Assembly (NCBI GenBank): GCA_039799225.1
Contig: JBDLTF010000003.1
Location: 6,606 to 70,605 of the forward strand
Direction: 5' to 3'
DNA: 64,000 nt
Origin: Candidatus Parcubacteria bacterium
Lineage (GTDB): Bacteria > Patescibacteriota > Minisyncoccia > Phycocordibacterales > PALSA-1337
Shown: in pieces, positions 55,504 to 64,000 of the stretch
Layout of the letters: each line of letters opens with the position of its first letter
How positions within the stretch are numbered: the stretch's first letter is position 1
Position numbers and translations under genes: made by a program
The notes under the pieces: model-generated
The model's input: the letters and a program-made list of their open reading frames with translations, nothing else
Told to the model about the DNA's origin: nothing
Database searches by the model: none

Positions 55504-56986
55504 AGAGATAGCGCAAGAGCTGGTCGAAGCCATGATCAAGGATCAGAAGGTCCGCATAGCGATCACTAAGAAAAGTCATTGGTACTTTTTCCATTTCTAT
55601 TTTGCAAAGTATGTCAAACATGCAACAGCAGAGTTCCAAAGAGAAATTATCCGCCTCACAGAGAACGAGGATATCAAAAATTTCTTCATTGTTGCATTTA
55701 GAGGGTCGGGAAAATCTACCATAATTACGACTTCGTATGTTCTCTGGGCGATTCTTGGAGAGCAGCAGAAAAAATTTATCCTCATTCTAGGTCAGACAAG
55801 AAATCAGACAAAACAATACATGATGAACATCAAGCGAGAGCTTGAAACGAATGATATTCTTAAAAGAGATCTCGGTCCGTTTCAGGAAGAAAGCGATGAG
55901 TGGGGTGCAACCTCTATCGTGTTCTCACAACATAATGCACGAATAACTGTAGCATCAACAGAACAAGGTATTCGCGGGCTGCGACATAATGAGCATCGCC
56001 CCGACCTCATTATTGGGGATGATATCGAAGACCTCAACTCGACAAAAACAAGGGAGAGTCGACAAAAAACTTTTGAGTGGCTCACGGGAGAAGTAATTCC
56101 TGCTGGAGACCAGAATACCCGCCTGATCCTCATCGGAAACCTTCTTCATGAAGACTCTCTCCTTATGAAAATCAGGGAGAAGCTTGAGAAAAAAGAAATG
56201 AAAGGGGTGTTTAAATTCATACCCCTACTTGATTCCGAGGATAAAAGCATGTGGCCAGGGAAATACCCAACCCTTGAATCAATTGAAGAAGAAAAGCAAA
56301 GGACAGGAAGCGAACAATCGTGGCAAAGAGAATACCTCCTCAGGATTATTCCAACTGAGGCGCAAGTGATTCATAAGGAATGGATCCAATACTACGATGT
56401 GTTACCACCGCGAGGTGCTGAAAACTACGAATATACATGGGCAGGAATTGATCTTGCAATATCAGAAAAAACTACAGCAGACTATACCGCGATTGTCGGA
56501 GCGCAAGTGCATGGCAGACGTAAAAAAAGAAAAATATATATTCTTCCTAATCCCATTAATCAGAGGATGCTCTTTCCAGACATTGTTCGGTTGTGCAAAG
56601 ACTATATCAAAAATGTGCTTCATAACGGCAAGCTTGTAATTGAGAGCGTTGCTTTTCAAGCCTCCCTAGCGCAGTTGCTTCATAGCGAAGGTCATTATGT
56701 GGAGGGGGTGCCTGTTCATGGAGACAAGCGATCGAGGCTTGCTATGACCTCATCACTTATACAAAATGGCTTCATACTATTTCCAAAACAAGGAGCGGAA
56801 CAGCTCATTCAGCAGCTTGTCGGATTCGGAGTTGAAAAACATGATGACCTAGTCGATGCTTTTACTCTACTTATTCACAAGCTTATGGAAGAAGATAACC
56901 AACCAAGACCGAATATCGGATGGTTCGATACGCGAACAGGCAGATTTGAGTGGGCGATCAAGTACGATGACGACGAAATCGTGTAG
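55490..56986 (+). CDS. Phage terminase large subunit (ATPase plus nuclease)
   Basis: Walker A FRGSGKST, Walker B-like LIIGDDIED and a C-terminal RNase H-like nuclease region (GIDLAISEKTTADYTAI...VESVAFQ...DDLVDAF). Confidence 0.75.
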   Translation: MNQNKEIAQELVEAMIKDQKVRIAITKKSHWYFFHFYFAKYVKHATAEFQREIIRLTENEDIKNFFIVAFRGSGKSTIITTSYVLWAILGEQQKKFILILGQTRNQTKQYMMNIKRELETNDILKRDLGPFQEESDEWGATSIVFSQHNARITVASTEQGIRGLRHNEHRPDLIIGDDIEDLNSTKTRESRQKTFEWLTGEVIPAGDQNTRLILIGNLLHEDSLLMKIREKLEKKEMKGVFKFIPLLDSEDKSMWPGKYPTLESIEEEKQRTGSEQSWQREYLLRIIPTEAQVIHKEWIQYYDVLPPRGAENYEYTWAGIDLAISEKTTADYTAIVGAQVHGRRKKRKIYILPNPINQRMLFPDIVRLCKDYIKNVLHNGKLVIESVAFQASLAQLLHSEGHYVEGVPVHGDKRSRLAMTSSLIQNGFILFPKQGAEQLIQQLVGFGVEKHDDLVDAFTLLIHKLMEEDNQPRPNIGWFDTRTGRFEWAIKYDDDEIV

Positions 56987-56993
56987 TCAATTC

Positions 56994-57665
56994 CTATTGA
57001 AAAGTGACACTCAAATCAGATACCTTATTTTCTCCTTTTGTTGATCTAAGTATCTGAATAACTGTTGACCAGATATAAGGATTCGCAACTGGAAATTGAA
57101 GGCTTTTTGTGCGCGTCTCAGATGTGATCTCAATAGTATTGAGATAAGTTTCTACTGTCATTATCTTATCTAACAGAATACTTCTATTCTCCTTAGTACC
57201 CAAGTACATGATTCTCTTGTTTGTGATTATAAGCTGTCCAGTATCAATATCCCTCCATTCTTGATGGCTCTCTGATCTGCTTGAACTTCTACCAATAACA
57301 ACTCCCTTGGCCAGACGCACCCCTCCGAAGCCACCTACGGTCTGCCGTACTGCACGTGTTTCCTGCAATTTGGTATTTTCAGATAAAAAAGCTTGTTCAT
57401 TTGCATCAAGCAAAGCATTAGTTTGAATTATCGGTAGCTTACCGTCTTTCTTTATCTTATCAACAAAACTATTTGCTTGGGTGGCTATAAGTTCCTTTCT
57501 CTTGATCTTGGTGTTTTTGATATTCCAGCGAATCAGTATGATGATGGCGATAAAAATACCGAGGTATTTACTTATTGCGAAGAATACAAATATCGATGCG
57601 ACGATTCCCCAAAAACAAGGTTCTTTGATTAGATCACTGACGAAGGTGGATTTAGTGTTTTTCAT
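56994..57665 (-). CDS. Hypothetical membrane-anchored protein (2 TM plus soluble domain; possible bacterial PH-like domain)
   Basis: Two N-terminal TM helices. No catalytic motif recognised. Confidence 0.35.
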   Translation of the reverse strand: MKNTKSTFVSDLIKEPCFWGIVASIFVFFAISKYLGIFIAIIILIRWNIKNTKIKRKELIATQANSFVDKIKKDGKLPIIQTNALLDANEQAFLSENTKLQETRAVRQTVGGFGGVRLAKGVVIGRSSSRSESHQEWRDIDTGQLIITNKRIMYLGTKENRSILLDKIMTVETYLNTIEITSETRTKSLQFPVANPYIWSTVIQILRSTKGENKVSDLSVTFQ

Positions 57666-57680
57666 TTGGCATGCTCTATA

Positions 57681-58523
57681 CTAAAAACTTATCGCCTCAT
57701 GGTAATTGTTTCGACTATCAATCTCGTGTTCCGAAGTCAGGAGACTCGGTAGATCCCTAGAATAAAAGCTAGACCAATTAATCTTGCTAAAGAGCGGTCG
57801 GGCAATTGAATAGACAATTGCAACATCATCCTTCTGGTTGCCGTATTTATCTTTTACTGGTAGATATGACCAAAGAATGATGTCACCAAAATCTTCAGAT
57901 AGAGGAAATACTGCCCTAAAGACTTTTGCGGCATCATCGTGCATAGATCCCTTCAAAAGATTCGTCGTGAGGTTTTCATCTGAATTAACCTTTATGAACA
58001 AGCCAGAAACTGAATCTGTAGATTTATATCCAGATTCGGTGAGTTCGACTGGCTTATATTTGCTTATCTCAATGCTTATTACGCGAGGCTTATCAGTATT
58101 CGTTGTGGCCTTAAGACTATTTTCGATTGCACCTTTTATTTTTTCTTCAAGTGTCTGTGGTTGAGGTGGTACGACTGGAGCAACCTGTTCTGGTACTGGT
58201 TGGGCTACCACAGGCTGACTAGATACTGGTGTTGCTACAACTTCATCTGATTTGAGATTAAAACCAGCAACAGCTAATAATACTAACACCAATAAAATTT
58301 TAACATTTCTACTCAAATTAACCTTAAGTTGCGAACTTATCTTGCTCATTATCGGAGGAATCAAGATAGCGGAGGCAAGTAAGAAAACAAGCCCCGAAAT
58401 TGGGCTTGAGAAAATATTTACCAAACCCGTAAGAGCAAAAATAATACCGAGAAACCACCCAATAATATATCCGATGGTTATATTTTTCGTCTTGCCATCA
58501 GAAGACGGATTTATGTTGTTCAT
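57681..58523 (-). CDS. Hypothetical membrane protein with a Pro/Val/Gln-rich linker
   Basis: Three N-terminal TM helices and a PVVAQPVPEQVAPVVPPQPQ linker. Confidence 0.35.
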   Translation of the reverse strand: MNNINPSSDGKTKNITIGYIIGWFLGIIFALTGLVNIFSSPISGLVFLLASAILIPPIMSKISSQLKVNLSRNVKILLVLVLLAVAGFNLKSDEVVATPVSSQPVVAQPVPEQVAPVVPPQPQTLEEKIKGAIENSLKATTNTDKPRVISIEISKYKPVELTESGYKSTDSVSGLFIKVNSDENLTTNLLKGSMHDDAAKVFRAVFPLSEDFGDIILWSYLPVKDKYGNQKDDVAIVYSIARPLFSKINWSSFYSRDLPSLLTSEHEIDSRNNYHEAISF

Positions 58524-58909
58524 TTTATTACTTGATAGGTCTTAATAAATCCAAGGCGGGTAACAGAAATCCCGCCGCGGGTAGAGACCGAAGTCTCTCA
58601 TACCAGTTTCCCGATATGGCCTATCAAGCGACCCCACGACGGGGTTTCTGAACTTGATAGGACTTCTTTCACCATGCCCTGTAAGGGGTTTAGGCTACTT
58701 CTCATATTCAGTTGTATCTACATAATACAAGCAAATCTTGTATCAGTCCACATTCTATCGCATATCAATTCTTTTGCTAAGATAGGTTGCCAACAAGTCA
58801 TTCTATACGCTCACTGATGTTAAATTTTGTTGAAAATTCGACTTGCCCATGCTAATGTAATTTCGGACAGCAATAAACCAAAACAAACGAAAGAAATTGA
58901 AAGGTTGAC

Positions 58910-60136
58910 ATGAAAATCAAAAATTATCTGCAGTTACTGACAGTTGCATTAATGGGTCTGCTTTCTATTCAGAATAGCAGCGCGGTCGAAGAACAATTCA
59001 CGATCTATGATCTGGATTCTACTCAGGACAAATGGTACGGAACGGTTTACAACAAGGATGGCAAGAATAACGACATTTTGAGGGTCGGCGGTTGGGGTGA
59101 TGCTTATCACACCCTAATCAAGCTACCATCCTATGTGACGGTACCTCCGCGAATATTCATTACCCGTGCTCGGCTTTACCTCTATTCGTACGGTTCGACA
59201 AAGCCTACACCGATGAGAAAGTATTTCGTCCTCAATAATTGGACCGAAACCTCAACAACGGATCATAACAGTCTTAGTCTTGCTACGGTAAATGGTGTCA
59301 ACAACGAGTTACTAGCACCACCTGAGAATGGTGAGTACGTGATTGATATCACCGGAGAATTCAGTCTTTGGATTTCCGGCGACTACGGGAACCATGGGAT
59401 ACGGCTTAGTCCTCTGGACACCAATAATAAATTCAATCACTTCCTTTCCTCGGAAAATACGCGCGGATTTGGCAAGCCAAGAATAGTCGTTGACTATGAA
59501 AGGCTTCCCGACTTCAAACTACCACTTCCTGGAAATAAAAGGTGGAGACTGCACGTCGAGGCTGGGGGTAAGGAATTTGATCACCAAACGCATATTGATC
59601 CTTTCCATACTGGCAAAACTTATTATTCACTGGACTTCGGTCCGCAGTGGGCGCCTTTAGTTGGTGGGACACTAACGACAGCTACTGATGTTCCTATCTA
59701 TGCGGCAGCAGGTGGAAAAGTTGTCGATGTGGCATTGAATGCGAATAATCCGAATGGATGGTTTGTGAAGATCGACCACGACGGCGATGGCAAGCTAACG
59801 ACCGGCTTTCAGACGGTCTATATCCACCTGAAGAACCAACCACTTGTCAGCAAAAATAGCTTTGTTAGGCAGGGTGACAAATTGGGAATCATGGGAACAA
59901 CAGGTGTAGATTCAAATGGCGATCCCACATCTACAGGTATTCATCTCCATATGACGTTCTATTACAAGAACGATGGAGGTCTTGATATCATGAATTATGA
60001 TTCTCCTTATCTTAATACTCTTCGAATGGAGGGTACGTCTATCAAGAACTTCAAACTCGGAACGACTTGGAATTCTGGCAGCAGCCTCTGGACTCCGATA
60101 GTTGTCTCTCCTTCTTCCAATAACACTGGAATGTAA
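58910..60136 (+). CDS. Secreted M23-family metallopeptidase (LytM-like)
   Basis: Signal peptide, then the HxxxD...HxH zinc motifs (KIDHDGDG ... TGIHLHM) in M23 spacing. Confidence 0.7.
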   Translation: MKIKNYLQLLTVALMGLLSIQNSSAVEEQFTIYDLDSTQDKWYGTVYNKDGKNNDILRVGGWGDAYHTLIKLPSYVTVPPRIFITRARLYLYSYGSTKPTPMRKYFVLNNWTETSTTDHNSLSLATVNGVNNELLAPPENGEYVIDITGEFSLWISGDYGNHGIRLSPLDTNNKFNHFLSSENTRGFGKPRIVVDYERLPDFKLPLPGNKRWRLHVEAGGKEFDHQTHIDPFHTGKTYYSLDFGPQWAPLVGGTLTTATDVPIYAAAGGKVVDVALNANNPNGWFVKIDHDGDGKLTTGFQTVYIHLKNQPLVSKNSFVRQGDKLGIMGTTGVDSNGDPTSTGIHLHMTFYYKNDGGLDIMNYDSPYLNTLRMEGTSIKNFKLGTTWNSGSSLWTPIVVSPSSNNTGM

Positions 60137-60192
60137 CAAAAAAAATTAGGCAGTTATTTCAGCAGGCACTTTCGGGTGCCTGTTTTTTTTAT

Positions 60193-61527
60193 TTACAATC
60201 CGTAATCACACTGAACTTTTAAATCTTTAGGATTGCCGGGTATTATTTTCCCTTCTAGAAATGAATGGTTAGCATCCTTGCCATACCCATTAATCAAAGC
60301 CTCGAATGTTTTAGGGTCAGCGCCCTCAACTTTAGCTGTCTTGTAATAAACAGCAACGGTGTCTTTAGAATATCTTCCGAGAGAACAACCTTCGTACGGC
60401 TGATCAGCGAGTATGATCAATTCTTTTGGATTTGCGCCTCGAACTAACTCTCCCTCAAAATACACTTTTGATACATCGAAAGCATATTGTTCGTAATATC
60501 TAGATTTATAGACATCAAAACTTGCAACATCAGCACCAGATACCAATTTACCCTTATAATAAACATTTCTGTCATCTTTAGCATAGAACCTGCCTGGATT
60601 AAAAGATACATCTCCATAAATCGAATACTTTGTTTCCATCAACTTAAAAGCATTCAAGTTTGCTTGTGGAATTAGCATTGAATCATAGTAGACTTTGTCA
60701 CTTCCTTTCACATAGAGTGAAAAAGGTAAAACGACTGGTGAGGTAATAGATAACCCTAAGAAAGAATCTCCTGAAAGACTGTATATTTTCTGGTCATCAA
60801 TAAAGGTTGTAATGCCAGGCTGTATATCATTAATCAAACGTAATTTTGCAGGATCAGTAATTGTAGTTACAAGCTTTCCTTTTTCATAAGGGAAAGTGCT
60901 CACATATACTTGGCTGTCATTACTCAATACAAGAAAATTATTAATATGTATCTCCTTTATATTTTTTTGATCCAAGTCATCGATTTTTCTTATGTTTTGA
61001 TTTTTATCGATTAGAAAAACATTATTACCACTACTGAACACAGCATAATCTGGAGTTTTTCTGAAGTCCTTGAAGGAATTCAGTTTTACAAAACTATGGC
61101 AATCACCTGCATCTCCGCCAAGGAAGGGTCGATTCTTTACTGTGAGTGAGAATATATAGTCAGAATTAGTCATTACCTCTGCTCCAGATGCGAGTTCGTT
61201 AGGGTTTATTGTAAGTATTAGATGACCATCCTTATCAAGACGATTAACCGTATTTCCTTCTTTAACCATTTTAATATATCTCGAGATATTTCCCTGATCA
61301 CCCTCAAGAACCGTAAGTGCTGAACAGGTGATGGTTTCAGAAGAACTTTTGATTACGTCATACGTAGAATACTTTCCAAAGAGAGTATAGGCTTCTTCCT
61401 TTTCTTCGTTAGGAGTAACTTCTTCCCCCATTTGCCCTTGATTCTTAATGGAAACACCCTTAAACACATAGGTTCCGATCAATAAAAGGGCTACTAGCGA
61501 CAATAGAATGAAAATTTTTTTAAGCAT
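60193..61527 (-). CDS. Secreted DKNYY-family repeat protein
   Basis: Signal peptide. C-terminal repeats of the DKNYY type (DDRNVYYKGKLVSGADVASF, KDTVAVYYKTAKVEGADPKTFE, GKDANHSFLEGKIIPGNPKDL). Confidence 0.6.
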   Translation of the reverse strand: MLKKIFILLSLVALLLIGTYVFKGVSIKNQGQMGEEVTPNEEKEEAYTLFGKYSTYDVIKSSSETITCSALTVLEGDQGNISRYIKMVKEGNTVNRLDKDGHLILTINPNELASGAEVMTNSDYIFSLTVKNRPFLGGDAGDCHSFVKLNSFKDFRKTPDYAVFSSGNNVFLIDKNQNIRKIDDLDQKNIKEIHINNFLVLSNDSQVYVSTFPYEKGKLVTTITDPAKLRLINDIQPGITTFIDDQKIYSLSGDSFLGLSITSPVVLPFSLYVKGSDKVYYDSMLIPQANLNAFKLMETKYSIYGDVSFNPGRFYAKDDRNVYYKGKLVSGADVASFDVYKSRYYEQYAFDVSKVYFEGELVRGANPKELIILADQPYEGCSLGRYSKDTVAVYYKTAKVEGADPKTFEALINGYGKDANHSFLEGKIIPGNPKDLKVQCDYGL

Positions 61528-61636
61528 ATGTGGATAATATCAGAATTGCGGGCTCCTGTTAAGCTTTACAGGAAATAGCTTTATGCTATTGTCTAAAAGG
61601 AAGTTCAACAAAAACCAATGAAAAATCATAAAGAAA

Positions 61637-63022
61637 ATGAAAAGAATACTGCTCACGGTTGTCCTATCTGCACTCTGTCAGTTCACATCCTTCTCAATCG
61701 GCCTCAATCTGCTTTATCCTACTGGTGGTGAAATACTGCCGGTTAATGGAAGGCATCCGATTGTCTGGACCAACTCATCAAACCTATTCGTTCAAATCTA
61801 TGTTGATTGGTATGACACCAACGATGTAGATCTTGTTACAAACAACGTTATCTATGCTGGCGTGCTTCCTGAAGGAACCAATACCTTCATTTTGCATGAG
61901 CCATCACGGTGGCCGACTGAATACAAATACAAGATTCGTCTCGACGGCGATACCAACGCAATCGTCTCGACGAGCGGCTTCGTCTTCATGACGAGTAACG
62001 CAACCTTCACAGCTACAATCACCAATCAGAGTCAGTGGCTGCCAAATCAGACGAGGTACGTGAATGTGTCGTGGGTTGGTTTCCAGAGCAATGACACCTA
62101 CGCACTAGTTCTTGAAAGTCCTGTGCTGGGTAAGGAGGGGTATGGATTCCTCGTAACTAACATTGCGATGGGGGCGGAGAGTGGAACCCAAACATTTGCG
62201 ATTCCGTATCCTTATGTAAACACTCCTGCTTATCCACCGTTCTCGTACGATGTCGCTGACGGCAGGCACCTATTCACCGTCTTCAATAAAAGGTGCGACA
62301 TCGTCACTACGTTTGGATCAATTGATATGGTGACTGCTGGACTCCGCATGTACTTGGGACCTGGCATTAAGAATTACATCTTACGAGGTGACACAGCAGA
62401 ATGCAGTACAGTTTATCTCGATGCAATTCTTGCGACCAACGATGTGAGTATTTCAAGTATTGGCGTCATCTTCACGAGCTACTCAAGCAATTGGATTTCG
62501 ATGAGGTCAGTTCTCAAGGACGGGTCAACACCTCTTTCGACCAACATCTTGGGCTTTGTGCCTTCGACTAACAGCCAGTATCATACGCAGGTTGCGTTTC
62601 CTGTAAACCTGACAGTTCCCATGGGTACGATTAAGGAACTTGGCCTTGAGTGTGAGGTTCTTTACGATTCAGGCCTCGGCGACTTCGTCTGGAATACAGG
62701 TGAGATCTCGACCAACCTCTTCGGAAGCGTCAGCGCGACCTATATTGGCGGTGCTACGATTAGTACCAAGGTTATTACATCATCGAGTGATTATGTAAAC
62801 ATTCTACAAGTCATCACTCCGAGATTCATTAGTTCTGGATCCGGAAGTAATTCGGTGGTCTTCGGAGTCTTCTGCAAGCCTTCGACGACCTACGACGTCG
62901 AGACGTCAACGAATCTCGTGAATTGGAGTACACTTTTCAGTACCAATAGTGTTGGGGACATGATGCAAATATCTATCCCTATCACGAACGGTAATCATTT
63001 CTTCAGATTGAAGCAGAACTAA
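61637..63022 (+). CDS. Secreted hypothetical protein (461 aa)
   Basis: Signal peptide and a beta-rich, Thr/Ser/Asn-rich sequence. A strong terminator (gctctgttgtc-ccttgcgg-atgacagagc+TTTTTTT) lies at 63042..63078. Confidence 0.4.
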   Translation: MKRILLTVVLSALCQFTSFSIGLNLLYPTGGEILPVNGRHPIVWTNSSNLFVQIYVDWYDTNDVDLVTNNVIYAGVLPEGTNTFILHEPSRWPTEYKYKIRLDGDTNAIVSTSGFVFMTSNATFTATITNQSQWLPNQTRYVNVSWVGFQSNDTYALVLESPVLGKEGYGFLVTNIAMGAESGTQTFAIPYPYVNTPAYPPFSYDVADGRHLFTVFNKRCDIVTTFGSIDMVTAGLRMYLGPGIKNYILRGDTAECSTVYLDAILATNDVSISSIGVIFTSYSSNWISMRSVLKDGSTPLSTNILGFVPSTNSQYHTQVAFPVNLTVPMGTIKELGLECEVLYDSGLGDFVWNTGEISTNLFGSVSATYIGGATISTKVITSSSDYVNILQVITPRFISSGSGSNSVVFGVFCKPSTTYDVETSTNLVNWSTLFSTNSVGDMMQISIPITNGNHFFRLKQN

Positions 63023-63220
63023 CTTCTCTGATCGGTTTCAGGCTCTGTTGTCCCTTGCGGATGACAGAGCTCTTTTTTTGTTACAAATTTCAATACGACC
63101 ACATAATAGATATGTAGTTCTGCATAGCTATGCACCACCAGTGGTTCTGTCATTAATTAATACATGCAAACACAAATGAATGCCCGAGTTGGTACCCCTG
63201 CCATACTAGCCCCAGTCAAA

Positions 63221-64000
63221 ATGAAGTACTGCATATATGCCAGAAAAAGTACCGAATCAGAAGAACGACAAATTCTTTCTATTGATTCGCAGGTCAAGGA
63301 AATGCTACAGCTTGCTGAACGAGAAAATATTGAAATCATAGATATCAGACGAGAATCCCATTCAGCTAAAGATTCAGGTCAACGACCGGTATTTAAGGAA
63401 TTACTTGAAGATATACGTCGAGGCAGATTCAATGGAATACTGACATGGGCACCAGATCGTCTTAGTCGTAATGCTGGTGACCTTGGCTCATTGGTAGACC
63501 TTATGGATCAAAAGCTACTTCTTGAGATTCGTACGTACGGTCAGCATTTCAAGAACTCGCCGAATGAAAAATTTCTACTCATGATCCTTTGCAGCCAAGC
63601 AAAGCTCGAGAATGATAACAAGGGTATCAATGTTAAACGTGGACAAAGGACAAGATGTGAGATGGGATTGAGACCAGGAGTAGCTCCTACTGGTTACCTG
63701 AATGAAAAGCGAAGCGATCGTAAATGTCATGCCAGCATAGACCCCGCACGAGCACCAGTTATTAAGAAAATGTTTGAAAAAGTTGCATATGAGAAATATA
63801 GTGGAAAGAAGATTTATATGTGGCTCAAGTTTGAGCTGAATTTTAGAACTGCTAATGGAAAGAAGCATTTAAGTCTCGGTAATATCTTCCGTATCCTGTA
63901 CAATCCTTTCTATTACGGCACATTTGAGTATCCAAAAGAAAGTGGTAATTGGTATCAAGGCAAACATGAACCAATAATCACCAAAGAATTATTTGATCAG
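63221..64000 (+). CDS. Large serine recombinase (resolvase/invertase catalytic domain plus recombinase domain), truncated by the window end
   Basis: Hand translation from the ATG at 63221 gives MKYCIYARKSTESEERQILSIDSQ (catalytic Ser motif) ... WAPDRLSRN ... the recombinase domain (GYLNEKRSDRK...YNPFYYGTFEY). There is no stop codon before the window end. Confidence 0.75.
   Translation, partial: MKYCIYARKSTESEERQILSIDSQVKEMLQLAERENIEIIDIRRESHSAKDSGQRPVFKELLEDIRRGRFNGILTWAPDRLSRNAGDLGSLVDLMDQKLLLEIRTYGQHFKNSPNEKFLLMILCSQAKLENDNKGINVKRGQRTRCEMGLRPGVAPTGYLNEKRSDRKCHASIDPARAPVIKKMFEKVAYEKYSGKKIYMWLKFELNFRTANGKKHLSLGNIFRILYNPFYYGTFEYPKESGNWYQGKHEPIITKELFDQ

Larger units (their letters stand above)
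50015..64000. mobile_element. Prophage-like / integrative accessory island (AT-richer; carries a defence cassette, repressor, MTase, terminases, lysis-like peptidase and a serine recombinase). It probably extends beyond the window.
   Basis: Abrupt change from housekeeping to phage-type gene content after trxB and the SNase gene. Terminase small/large pair, ParB-MTase, LexA/CI-type repressor and a serine recombinase at the edge. Visibly lower GC in 50.2-52.6 kb. Confidence 0.5.

Noticed and set aside
61637-63022. Type IX secretion C-terminal sorting domain on the 461-aa secreted protein
   Set aside because: The C-terminal about 80 aa is beta-rich, but I cannot recognise the conserved T9SS CTD motifs. 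No T9SS genes are in the window.
1-64000. CRISPR arrays and rRNA genes
   Set aside because: No regularly spaced direct repeats with unique spacers and no rRNA-like conserved blocks were seen anywhere in the window.

Overview
The window is a gene-dense bacterial chromosomal segment of roughly 48-50% GC with no rRNA and no CRISPR array. TGA, TAA and TAG are all used as stop codons. The short gaps between genes, the many small secreted peptidoglycan-binding proteins, a type IV pilin-like gene, the GH130 cluster and the bL31 type B gene suggest a small-genome, possibly Patescibacteria/CPR-like organism. That taxonomic guess is inference only. The first ~50 kb is mostly housekeeping: priA-like, def, fmt, hpf, tRNA-Asn, dnaB, recR, rplU, rmuC, thrS with a T-box leader, hisS, rpoD, dnaG, tRNA-Phe, tRNA-Arg, prfA, rpmE, rpsU, ybeY, ftsA, ftsZ and trxB. 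Interleaved with these are a mannoside phosphorylase operon (cupin PMI, two GH130 genes, HAD/PMM-like), cell-envelope proteins (Fn3 plus PG-binding domains, a PEP-CTERM protein, a D,D-carboxypeptidase, a pilin) and a UvrD-helicase/nuclease fusion. From about 50.0 kb to the end of the window the content changes to an AT-richer accessory, prophage-like island. It carries a LexA-type repressor, a ParB-domain DNA methyltransferase fusion, terminase small and large subunits, membrane proteins, an M23 peptidase, a DKNYY protein and, at the very edge, a large serine recombinase. The most interesting part is a four-gene minus-strand cassette (DUF2188, a small membrane protein, a ThsB/DUF1863-type TIR protein, an unknown Cys-containing protein) read divergently from the LexA-like repressor. 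This looks like a Thoeris-like TIR defence module without any recognisable ThsA partner (SIR2, Macro or SLOG), so its effector is potentially new. All protein calls rest on motifs I recognise by eye in the supplied translations. No database search was run.
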